Below, in pieces: positions 26,901 through 34,597 of a stretch of DNA of 46,519 nucleotides. The stretch covers positions 20,566 to 67,084 of the forward strand of contig MEKU01000080.1 in NCBI GenBank assembly GCA_001767195.1, written 5' to 3'. Each line of letters begins with the position of its first letter. Positions within the stretch are counted from its first letter, which is position 1. Source of the stretch: Acidobacteria bacterium RIFCSPLOWO2_02_FULL_67_21. GTDB taxonomy: Bacteria > Acidobacteriota > Vicinamibacteria > Vicinamibacterales > UBA2999. The notes under the pieces are model-generated. The model did not search any database and was not told where the DNA came from. It saw only the letters and a program-made list of their open reading frames with translations. Position numbers and translations under genes: made by a program.

Positions 26901-27322
26901 CGGGCCCGGAGGTCGACGCGGATACGGCACTCAGCATGCTTCGGCCTGACGAAGTGACGAGCGCCGTGTCGCGTTCTCCTCTCGAGCTGGCGGCCGCAGC
27001 CGGCAAGGCCTATCGCGCCATCACCGGGCAAGACGACATCCGCGCGCTGTACACCTCGGGCGAGCGGCTGGACGAGGTTCCGTTCACGATGCGCGTCGCC
27101 GGCGTCGCCGTGCGCGGCACGATTGATTGTCTGGTGCGCGCGGGATCCGATCGGCTGCTCGTGCTGGAGTTCAAGACGGGGAGTCCGCGCCCGGCGCATC
27201 GCGTGCAGCTCGATCTCTATCGCCGTGCCGCCGAACGGCTGTTCCCTGGTATGGCGGTCGACGCGCGCCTGGTGTACGCGCACACCTTCCGGGGCTCGGC
27301 GGGCGGCGGTCATGTGCGCTGA
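23981..27322 (+). CDS. addA: AddA-like UvrD helicase with C-terminal nuclease
   Basis: EASAGTGKT, AITFTRKAAAEM, LVDEFQDTS, VGDRKQSIYGFR, MTIHAAKGLEF, LLYVALTRARD, GTIDCL, LEFKTG, QLDLY. Confidence 0.92.
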   Translation: MSSVSLPFDADPRDARIAARDQEARARAVDPRFNVALEASAGTGKTRILVDRYINLLRAGVAPANILAITFTRKAAAEMRDRIMATLRAAAARGEIAPARWRDLRDRTADIAISTIDAFCLSLLREFPLEADLEPGFSLADESELPRLRDEALDAAVHICRAAARADEDLTLVFAQLGERRVRAALAALLERRLVAPRVLSAFLAQGPPPADGAAASLNAAVRLGDVFDAMRGGLDRFVDTGPLHARFDLLVHDLRGLRGGRPGRPGLVQAVFTRVRAHFLTHEGRPRRRQPFRRDLFASAADWNAHTALVVEHAPAIAAIDAAYRRDVNALLSRGIRRMFAIAAAEYRRTLDAHAALDFPDLLLRALELLRRMDEFSRSRYRLESRYHHVLVDEFQDTSRAQWELVSLLVQSWGEGAGLAATGPLQPSIFIVGDRKQSIYGFRDADVSVLREAARHIGTLRGDPDVRRAISRSFRAAPALLAFVNDVCEDMPKGSGDEAFQYEETDRFPLEPPAPDPGTARADPPIGLVAAPAVEECAEITAAEIARLLTAAVEIRDRDTGLPRPISPGDIAILFRSRESHREFEAALARRRIRASVYNGLGFFDADEVKDVLALIGYLADSASDLRAAALMRSRVVGLSDEALRLLAPALAGTLACENPPDTAPLLAPADRAALTEAQTATARWRALADRMPPAELVDLVLSESAYAFELRGPRVAQARENLKKLRDWLRRLQNRGYVTCARLAAQLGRLAVGGEANAVMDAGDAVSLMTIHAAKGLEFPVVFVVNLGRGTGGPRDSVRLWGDEAAAVAVGDFQSDADAEQPAREREETKRLLYVALTRARDRLYLGATLREGRVPASRGSLAEVLPSALVERLGAAGQDLAVWRASSGVEHAFRVCDAREPGGALPQGELPEREAPACDFAALQAPSPARTVAALAEEGSEPFDETSPTDDSGRLLGLIVHRLLQRYGFDAGPEVDADTALSMLRPDEVTSAVSRSPLELAAAAGKAYRAITGQDDIRALYTSGERLDEVPFTMRVAGVAVRGTIDCLVRAGSDRLLVLEFKTGSPRPAHRVQLDLYRRAAERLFPGMAVDARLVYAHTFRGSAGGGHVR

Positions 27323-27547
27323 GGCCAGATGGCGGCAGTGCCAGCCGGTACGACCGTCCAGTCTCCGGCCCTGGTCTGATCCCTCAAAAAGGCGCTCTTC
27401 CGCTGAATTCAACGAATTCCGGGATAGTCCAGCTGGCTTACTTTCTGCATTGCGCTGGCCGGATCGCATCTCCTACAATCGAACTCAAGATGTGCCATAG
27501 ATGTTCGGATGGAGAGTAAGCCGTTGACGATTAAAGAGGAGACGCGC

Positions 27548-27769
27548 GTGGCGCTGACCTGCCCGAGCTGCGGGAACGACGGGAACTTCCTCGTCAAGAC
27601 GCTCCAGATGCATGTGGTGCACCTGGACGACTCACGGGTGGAAGTGTCCGAAGAAGGGCGGCCGGCTGTCCTCGAGCTGCTCTGCGACGAGTGTGAGACC
27701 CCGCTCAATCTCGACGATCTGGATGAGGGGCTTCGCAAGGAGCTGCTGCTGACGCTGGGGGCCCGTTAA
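27548..27769 (+). CDS. Small Zn-ribbon/rubredoxin-like protein
   Basis: GAGGAG RBS then GTG 27548 (alternative ATG 27509); CPSC...CDEC. Confidence 0.75.
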   Translation: MALTCPSCGNDGNFLVKTLQMHVVHLDDSRVEVSEEGRPAVLELLCDECETPLNLDDLDEGLRKELLLTLGAR

Positions 27770-27857
27770 GGACCCACGGCTTCAGCCTTGCCCGCCTGAG
27801 TTTTCTCTACGCAAGGTTGACTTCTCGTCTTCCCGGCCCCTAAGGTATCCACAGGTC

Positions 27858-28313
27858 ATGAGCGGGCACGTCTTCCGGCCGTTTGGCGGAGGCTCTCTCG
27901 GTCTTGCGGGAGCTGTCGAGACGGGCGCCGACGCCAGCTGCTTCGCCGATGAGGTTGTGGTCGACTTCCCATCGGTCGCGCCGGCCGTCGAACGCATCCG
28001 GCGCGCGTTTCTGGCAGACGAGCGTACCGGCGCGCTGCGCGCGACGATCCAGCTGTCGGCCCGTGAGGCCCGGGAAGGCGCGACCGTGCCGCTCGAGGTG
28101 GCGGTCCACTGCACCTGCCGTGGGTGCGGCGGGCGTGGCGAGACATGGACCGAGCCGTGTGGCTGCTGCAACGGCAGCGGCGCGGAGATGCGGCCGCATC
28201 AGCTGCACGTCGCCGTGCCGGCCGGCGTGCCCGACGGCGCGCGTTTCAACTTCACGGTCACGCCCCGCCACGATCCGCCTACTCGAGTCGAGCTTCGCGT
28301 GCTCGTCGTGTAA
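27858..28313 (+). CDS. DnaJ-like Zn-finger/C-terminal-domain protein lacking a J-domain
   Basis: LSAREAREG, CRGCGGRG, CGCCNGSG, VAVPAGVPDG; no HPD motif. Confidence 0.75.
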   Translation: MSGHVFRPFGGGSLGLAGAVETGADASCFADEVVVDFPSVAPAVERIRRAFLADERTGALRATIQLSAREAREGATVPLEVAVHCTCRGCGGRGETWTEPCGCCNGSGAEMRPHQLHVAVPAGVPDGARFNFTVTPRHDPPTRVELRVLVV

Positions 28314-28709
28314 GTGGAGCGCCACGTCCGCCTTCTCGGCATCCTTGCAGTTGTCTGGGGCGCGCTCGCCGCGCTCGTCGGGGTCTCGATGCTGCTGCTG
28401 GGCGCCGGCGCCTGGAGCCTCGTGGCCAATCCGGACGCTGAGGCCGTGTCGCTGGCCGCCGGCCTGACCGCCGCCGTGTTTGCGTCTGTCGGCGTCTTCT
28501 CGCTGGTGTGGGGGGCCGTTCATCTCTGGGTGGCGGTGCAGCTCCGCCGGCGCCAGCCGCTGGGCCGCATCGTGATGCTCGGTCTGGCCGTGATCAATCT
28601 GCTCGTCTTTCCCTTCGGCACGGCCCTTGGCGGCTACGCGCTCTGGATTCTGCTTTCCAACGACGGCCGCCACGTGTTCGAGCCGCTGCCCAGCGAGGCG
28701 ATAAGATAG
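28314..28709 (+). CDS. Small integral membrane protein
   Basis: Three to four hydrophobic segments; FPFGTALGGYALWIL. Confidence 0.78.
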   Translation: MERHVRLLGILAVVWGALAALVGVSMLLLGAGAWSLVANPDAEAVSLAAGLTAAVFASVGVFSLVWGAVHLWVAVQLRRRQPLGRIVMLGLAVINLLVFPFGTALGGYALWILLSNDGRHVFEPLPSEAIR

Positions 28710-28713
28710 GTTC

Positions 28714-29817
28714 ATGTCCTCGCTCGATCGCGACGCGGTATTGAACGCCCTCAAGACGGTTGTCGATCCGGATCTTCGCCGCGACATCGTGTCGCTCGGC
28801 TTTGTGAAGAGCCTGGCGATTGACGGCGGCGGCCGCGTCTCATTCACGATCGAGCTCACCACTCCCGCGTGTCCGGTGAAGGATCAGCTGCGCGACCAGG
28901 CGGTCGCGGCCGTCCGGGCCCTGCCAGGGGTCAGCGATGTCGAGGTGCAGATGACGGCCAGCGTACGCTCCGTCTCGGCGCCCGAGACGGGACGGACGCC
29001 ACTGCCGGGCGTCAAGAACGTCATCGCCGTCGGCGCGGGAAAAGGCGGCGTCGGGAAGACCACGGTCGCGGTCAATCTCGCACTGGCGCTCGCGAAATGC
29101 GGCAGCCGCGTCGGGATTCTGGACGGCGACATGTACGGACCGAATGTGCCGCTCATGATGGGGCTGGAGACGCAGCAGCTCACGACCGATGGACAGCGGA
29201 TCGTGCCTGCCGAGAAGTACGGCGTGCAGGTGGTGTCCATCGGGTTCATGACCGGCGATGATGCCGCGGTGATCTGGCGCGGTCCAATGCTGCACCAGGC
29301 CATCCAGCAGTTCTTCCGGGAGGTGGCGTGGCACGACCTCGACTATCTGATTGTCGACATGCCGCCCGGAACCGGGGACGTCGCCCTGAGTCTGAGCCAG
29401 ACCGTGCCCGTGGCGGGGGCCGTCCTCGTGACCACGCCGCAGCAGGTCTCGCTGGCGGACACGAGGCGGGCCATCCGCATGTATCAGAAGCTCAACATCA
29501 AGCCGATCGGCGTCGTCGAGAACATGAGCTACTACGCCTGTCCGAACTGCCATCACGAATCCGACATCTTCGGATACGGCGGCGGCGAGTCCCTTGCGCA
29601 ATCGATGGAGGTCCCGTTTCTGGGCCGGCTGCCCGTGTACCAGCCGATCCGGGAGGGGAGCGACACCGGTGTGCCCCTGATTGTGAGCGAGCCAGGGTCA
29701 CCGGCCGGCCGGGCCTTTATGACTGTGGCGGAGCGGACGGCCGCGCAGCTCTCGATTGAGGCGCTCAAAGTGGCGGAAGCCAACAAGGGGAAAATCCCGC
29801 TCATTCCGGTTCGATAG
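28714..29817 (+). CDS. mrp: Mrp/ApbC (NBP35) Fe-S carrier ATPase with N-terminal DUF59
   Basis: DPDLRRDIVSLG, LTTPACP, GKGGVGKTT, VIWRGPM, DMPPGTGD, ENMSYYACPNC. Confidence 0.95.
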   Translation: MSSLDRDAVLNALKTVVDPDLRRDIVSLGFVKSLAIDGGGRVSFTIELTTPACPVKDQLRDQAVAAVRALPGVSDVEVQMTASVRSVSAPETGRTPLPGVKNVIAVGAGKGGVGKTTVAVNLALALAKCGSRVGILDGDMYGPNVPLMMGLETQQLTTDGQRIVPAEKYGVQVVSIGFMTGDDAAVIWRGPMLHQAIQQFFREVAWHDLDYLIVDMPPGTGDVALSLSQTVPVAGAVLVTTPQQVSLADTRRAIRMYQKLNIKPIGVVENMSYYACPNCHHESDIFGYGGGESLAQSMEVPFLGRLPVYQPIREGSDTGVPLIVSEPGSPAGRAFMTVAERTAAQLSIEALKVAEANKGKIPLIPVR

Positions 29818-29872
29818 CCCGGGCCTGGCGCCCTTCACGCCGACCCATCCAACGCCGACTCAAGATTCCTAA

Positions 29873-29929
29873 TTGACAAACCCAAGAGGTCGGATATAGC
29901 CTGAGGCTGATATTAAGACTCAGTCTCAA
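29873..29929 (+). promoter_or_regulatory. Sigma70 promoter followed by a Fur-box-like operator
   Basis: TTGACA (29873) - N16 - TATAGC (29895); gatattaagactcagtctcaa (29909-29929) upstream of iron-uptake genes. Confidence 0.65.
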
Positions 29930-29954
29930 AGTTATGGTTCGGAGGGTTCAGGTC

Positions 29955-32393
29955 ATGGCGAAAACGCTTGTGGTGCTGCTGGTGGTGCTCGGGGCGGCAT
30001 GGCCCGCTGCCGCGCAGGGTGAGCCGACGATTCTGGGGCGGGTCGTATCGCCGGGGGGCGCTGCGGTCGCCGGCGCCGAGATCGTCCTGCGCTCCGCTCT
30101 GGGGGAAGAGACCGTCACAACGGCCGGCCCGGAAGGGCAGTTCGAGTTTCAGCGCGTCCCGGCCGGTGTGTACCGGCTGCTTGCCTCAGCGATCGGCATG
30201 TCCCCGATCGCGCAGCCGCTGACGGTCGCGGCGGGTCAGCCGCTGTTCGTCACGATCGAGCTGCCCGAGGTGGTGCGGGAGCGCGTCAACGTGGTGGGCC
30301 ACTCGTCGGCGGCCGGCCGTATTCCGGGTGCCGCGCGGATCATCGAGCCTGACGAGATGCAGAAGCTCCAGATCGCCACCGACGACGTCCATCAGATGCT
30401 GCGCCAGATCCCGGGGTTGAATATTCAGGAGGAGGAGGGCTACGGCCTGCGGCCCAACATCGGGATGCGCGGAACCGGCACCGACCGCAGCAGCAAGATC
30501 ACCCTGATGGAGGACGGCGTGCTCGTCGCGCCCGCGCCCTATTCGGCGCCCGCGGCGTACTACGCACCGGTGCCCGGCCGAATGGAATCCCTCGAGGTGC
30601 GCAAGGGATCGAGCCAGGTGAAGTACGGCCCGATTACCACCGGCGGCGTGCTGAATTACGTGTCGACGTCGATACCGTCCGCCTTCCGGGTCCGCGGCAA
30701 CGTGGCCACGGGCGCGGATCGCACCGGCAAGATTTCGGTCAACGTGGGCGACGAGTACCGGAACTTCGGCTGGCTCGTCGAAACCTTCCAGCTTCGCAAC
30801 GACGGGTTCAAGACGCTCGACGGCGGCGGCGACACCGGCACCGACCTGCAGGACTACATGGGGAAGCTGCGCTTCAATACGACGCCCTCATCCACGTTGT
30901 ATCAGGAAGTTGAGTTCAAGATCGGCCGCACCGAGCAGGTCGGCAACGAGACGTATCTCGGGCTGACCGACGAGGACTTTGGCCGCACGCCGCTGCGGCG
31001 CTATGCCGCTTCGCAGCACGACGTCATCAACTCGACTCACGAGCAATACCACGTGCGCCATCTGCTCGCGCGCCGCAACTGGGACGTGACGACGGTCGGC
31101 TACCGGAATGACTTCCAGCGTGCCTGGTACAAGTTGGAAAGCGTGCTCGGGTCTGGGCTGGGGGGTGTGCTGGCCGCGCCCGATCGCTTCCCGCAGCACC
31201 TGGCCGTCCTGAAAGGCGGAGACAGCGCGCCAAACGCGCTCGTCATCCGGAACAACAACCGCGCGTACTTCGGCGCCGGCGTGCAGTCAGTGCTCGGCGT
31301 CTCACTCTCCGGTCCGCGGGTGGACCACAAGGTGGAGGCTGGTCTCCGCTACCACCGCGACGAGGAAGACCGGTTCCAGCAGGATGACGCGTATCAGATG
31401 ACAGCGGGGCGCATGACCCGGACCCGTGCCGGCGCGCCGGGGAGCCAGACGAATCAGGTGGTGGGCGCCTCGGCGGTTGCCGTGTTCCTGTCCGACACGA
31501 TCACCTGGGGCAGCTGGTCGTTCGCGCCCGGTGTCCGCTACGAGACGATCGATTTCGAGCGGATCGACTACTCGCGCTCGGATCCCACCCGCACCGCCGG
31601 GTCTGCCGCCTTGGACACGTCGGTTGACGTCGTCGTCCCTGGCGTCGGCGTCACGTACGAGGTTCGTCCCGGGATGGTGGCGTTCGGTGGAGTGCACAGA
31701 GGCTTTGCTCCCCCGGGACCGGGGTTGGCGCCAGAGACGAACTCTGAAGAGAGCGTGAACTACGAGCTCGGCTCGCGGGTCGAGCGGGGCGCGCTCCGTG
31801 GAGAGCTGATCGGCTTTTTCAACGACTATTCGAACCTGTTGGGGCGGGACACGCTGTCGACGGGCGGCACGGGCGACGGAGACCTGTTCAACGGCGGCGA
31901 AGCGCTGACTGCCGGTCTCGAGGCGGCAGTCGATTGGAATCCGCTGGCCGGACGGCTCGGGGCCTTTGCACTGCCGGTGCGCCTCGCCTACACCTTTACC
32001 CGCGCCGAGTTCCGCAACGATTTCCAGAGCGCCTATGGACCATGGGGAACCGTGCGCGTGGGCGACGGTCTTCCGTATGTGCCGCAACACCAGCTGCACG
32101 CGAGCGTCGATCTCGATCGAGGCCGCTGGCGGGCCCGCCTGGACTCGACGTACCTGGGCCGGATGCGCACGCGCGCAGGCCAGGGCGCGCACGTCGCCAC
32201 GGAATCGACCGAGGCGTATCTGGTCGTCGGCCTGTCCGGCGAGTATGCGCTCGGCGGCGGCGCGGGCCTCTTTGCGAGCGTCCAGAACGTCACCGACAAC
32301 AGCTACATCGTGTCCCGGCATCCCGCGGGGGTTCGTCCCGGCCTGCCGCGGCTGTTTCTCGCCGGCCTGAAGTTCGATGTCGGACGGCGGTAA
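29955..32393 (+). CDS. TonB-dependent receptor, FecA-like, with N-terminal carboxypeptidase-regulatory-like domain
   Basis: GGAGG RBS then ATG 29955; signal peptide; plug EEEGYGLRPNIGMRG, KITLMEDG, EVRKG..QVKYGP; C-terminal RPGLPR. Confidence 0.92.
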   Translation: MAKTLVVLLVVLGAAWPAAAQGEPTILGRVVSPGGAAVAGAEIVLRSALGEETVTTAGPEGQFEFQRVPAGVYRLLASAIGMSPIAQPLTVAAGQPLFVTIELPEVVRERVNVVGHSSAAGRIPGAARIIEPDEMQKLQIATDDVHQMLRQIPGLNIQEEEGYGLRPNIGMRGTGTDRSSKITLMEDGVLVAPAPYSAPAAYYAPVPGRMESLEVRKGSSQVKYGPITTGGVLNYVSTSIPSAFRVRGNVATGADRTGKISVNVGDEYRNFGWLVETFQLRNDGFKTLDGGGDTGTDLQDYMGKLRFNTTPSSTLYQEVEFKIGRTEQVGNETYLGLTDEDFGRTPLRRYAASQHDVINSTHEQYHVRHLLARRNWDVTTVGYRNDFQRAWYKLESVLGSGLGGVLAAPDRFPQHLAVLKGGDSAPNALVIRNNNRAYFGAGVQSVLGVSLSGPRVDHKVEAGLRYHRDEEDRFQQDDAYQMTAGRMTRTRAGAPGSQTNQVVGASAVAVFLSDTITWGSWSFAPGVRYETIDFERIDYSRSDPTRTAGSAALDTSVDVVVPGVGVTYEVRPGMVAFGGVHRGFAPPGPGLAPETNSEESVNYELGSRVERGALRGELIGFFNDYSNLLGRDTLSTGGTGDGDLFNGGEALTAGLEAAVDWNPLAGRLGAFALPVRLAYTFTRAEFRNDFQSAYGPWGTVRVGDGLPYVPQHQLHASVDLDRGRWRARLDSTYLGRMRTRAGQGAHVATESTEAYLVVGLSGEYALGGGAGLFASVQNVTDNSYIVSRHPAGVRPGLPRLFLAGLKFDVGRR

Positions 32394-32421
32394 CGGATCG
32401 ACTATTTAGGGAGAGCCTGGA

Positions 32422-33534
32422 GTGATGACGTCGCTCGTATCGGTCGTGGATGCTCCGCGTGGAATGCCGGTGAGCCCGGTGGCCATGCCGATGGTGGCGG
32501 TCGACCGGGTGACGGTGGCGTTCGGCGACCTGCTGGCGCTCGACGGCGTGTCGCTCGAGGTGGAAACCGGCGAGATCGTGTCGCTCGTGGGGCCTTCGGG
32601 ATCGGGAAAGTCGACGCTGCTGCGGGTGATTGCCGGAATCACGCGCCCGACCCGGGGGCGCGTGCGCCTCGCGGGGAGCGAAGTCGCGGGTCCGGCCACG
32701 TTTGTCGAGCCAGAACACCGCCGGGTCGGCCTGGTCTTTCAGGATTACGCGCTCTTCCCGCATCTCACGATCGCCGCCAACGTGGCGTTCGGTCTCAAGG
32801 GGCTGGACCGGCGCGTCGTGCGGCGCACCGTAGGCGAACTGCTCGAGCGGTTCGGCCTCGCGCGCTATGCGGAGAGCTACCCGCACATGCTGTCGGGCGG
32901 CGAGCGGCAGCGAGTGGCGCTCGCACGAGCGTTGGCGCCGCAGCCGCGCGTGATCCTCATGGACGAACCGTTTTCCGGCCTCGACAGCCGGCTTCGCGAT
33001 CGCGTCCGCCAGGAGACGTTGGACGTCCTGCGCGAGACGCACACGACGACCCTCGTCGTGACACACGATCCAAGCGAGGCGATGCGTGCCGCGGATCGTG
33101 TGGCCCTGCTCCACGACGGACGGCTGATCCAGTACGGTCCGGTCGAAGAGGTCTACGCGCATCCGGCGACGGCGTTTGCGGCGCGGTTCCTGAGCGAGGT
33201 CAACGAGCTTTCAGGTACCTGCTGCTGCGGCCGTGTGGACACTGCGCTTGGATCGTTTGCGGCCCCCCACCTTCCCGAGGCGTCGCCAGTACGGGTGTGC
33301 ATCAGACCCCATCACGTGCGGGTGACCGATCGGCCGACCGGTATCCCGGCGATGGTGGTCTCCTCGGAGTTTCTTGGGGAGAGCGATCGGATGATGCTCG
33401 AGGTGCCGGGCCTGGATCGGCCTCTGTGCCTCAGGACCTTCGGTCGCGCGCACATGGCGCCCGGGCACCGTGTGTTTCTGGATGTCGATCCCGCCGGCGT
33501 TGTCGTCGTACCCGACGATGACCGGCCGGCATAG
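32422..33534 (+). CDS. Fe3+ ABC transporter ATP-binding protein (FbpC-like)
   Basis: GPSGSGKS, FQDYALFPHL, LSGGERQR, LMDEPF, VTHD; TOBE-like tail. Confidence 0.9.
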   Translation: MMTSLVSVVDAPRGMPVSPVAMPMVAVDRVTVAFGDLLALDGVSLEVETGEIVSLVGPSGSGKSTLLRVIAGITRPTRGRVRLAGSEVAGPATFVEPEHRRVGLVFQDYALFPHLTIAANVAFGLKGLDRRVVRRTVGELLERFGLARYAESYPHMLSGGERQRVALARALAPQPRVILMDEPFSGLDSRLRDRVRQETLDVLRETHTTTLVVTHDPSEAMRAADRVALLHDGRLIQYGPVEEVYAHPATAFAARFLSEVNELSGTCCCGRVDTALGSFAAPHLPEASPVRVCIRPHHVRVTDRPTGIPAMVVSSEFLGESDRMMLEVPGLDRPLCLRTFGRAHMAPGHRVFLDVDPAGVVVVPDDDRPA

Positions 33535-33558
33535 ACGGTTTTCTACCGAGGCCTCGTT

Positions 33559-34587
33559 ATGACACTTTCACTTGTGCGGTTCTTGAAGGCGGCCCTGCCG
33601 GGCGCCGCCGTGCTTCTGTGTGCCGCGACGGCGTCGGCACAGGAGGTCAATCTCTACACCACCCGTGAGCCCGGCCTCATCCAGCCGCTGATGGACGCCT
33701 TTACGAAGGCGACGGGCATCAAGGTGAACAGCATCTTCGTGCGCGACGGACTCGCCGAGCGCGTCGCGGCGGAAGGGACGCGGTCCCCGGCCGACGTCCT
33801 GATGGACGTCGACATCGGCGCGCTGATCACGCTGGTGGATCGCGGGCGGACGCAGCCGGTCCGGTCGAGCGTGCTCGAGGCGGCGGTGCCGGCGAACCTT
33901 CGCGGGAGCGACGGGTCGTGGTTCGCGCTGTCGCTGCGCGCCCGCGTGCTGTACGTGCAGAAAGACCTGAGCCTGAAGTCGTTCACCTACGAGCAGCTCG
34001 CCGATCCGCAGTGGAAGGGCAAGATTTGCACACGCGCTGGCCAGCATGCCTACACCACCGCGCTGATTGCCGCGTACATCGCCCATTACGGCGAAGCGCG
34101 CGCGGAGGCATGGCTGAGAGGGCTCAAGAGCGGCCTGGCGCGGGCCGCGGCGGGGGGCGATCGTGACGGCGCCCGCGACATCATGGGCGGCATCTGCGAT
34201 CTGGCCCTCGGCAATTCCTACTATGTCGGCCTGATGCGGAGCGGCGCCGGCGGCCCGGATCAAGAGAAGTGGGGGTCGGCGATCCGCATCATTCTGCCCA
34301 CGTTTGAGAACGGCGGGACGCACGTGAACGTGTCGGGCGCCGCAATCGCGAAGAACTCGCCGAACAGGGCGAACGCTCTCCGGTTCCTCGAGTTCCTGGT
34401 GTCCGACCAGGCGCAGAAGATGTATGCCGAGGCGAACTTCGAGTACCCGGTGAAGGCCGGCGTTGCCGCGCATCCGATTATTGCCGCCCTTGGACCGCTG
34501 AAGGTTGATGGGCTCCCGCTGGTCGAGATTGCGAAACACCGCGCGACCGCCAGCAAGCTCGTGGACAAGGTCGGATACGACCGCTGA
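33559..34587 (+). CDS. Fe3+ ABC transporter substrate-binding protein (FutA/FbpA-like)
   Basis: Signal peptide; EVNLY, SPADVL, GGDRD, GNSYY, HVNVSG, NFEYPV. Confidence 0.9.
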   Translation: MTLSLVRFLKAALPGAAVLLCAATASAQEVNLYTTREPGLIQPLMDAFTKATGIKVNSIFVRDGLAERVAAEGTRSPADVLMDVDIGALITLVDRGRTQPVRSSVLEAAVPANLRGSDGSWFALSLRARVLYVQKDLSLKSFTYEQLADPQWKGKICTRAGQHAYTTALIAAYIAHYGEARAEAWLRGLKSGLARAAAGGDRDGARDIMGGICDLALGNSYYVGLMRSGAGGPDQEKWGSAIRIILPTFENGGTHVNVSGAAIAKNSPNRANALRFLEFLVSDQAQKMYAEANFEYPVKAGVAAHPIIAALGPLKVDGLPLVEIAKHRATASKLVDKVGYDR

Positions 34588-34597
34588 TCCCCGTGTG

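Noticed and set aside
21088-27322. Helicase-nuclease pair as a novel anti-phage system
   Set aside because: Domain order and motifs match housekeeping AddAB, with host-like codon usage and a position outside the island.
27845-27853. Single DnaA-box-like 9-mer gtatccaca
   Set aside because: An isolated one-mismatch hit is expected by chance.
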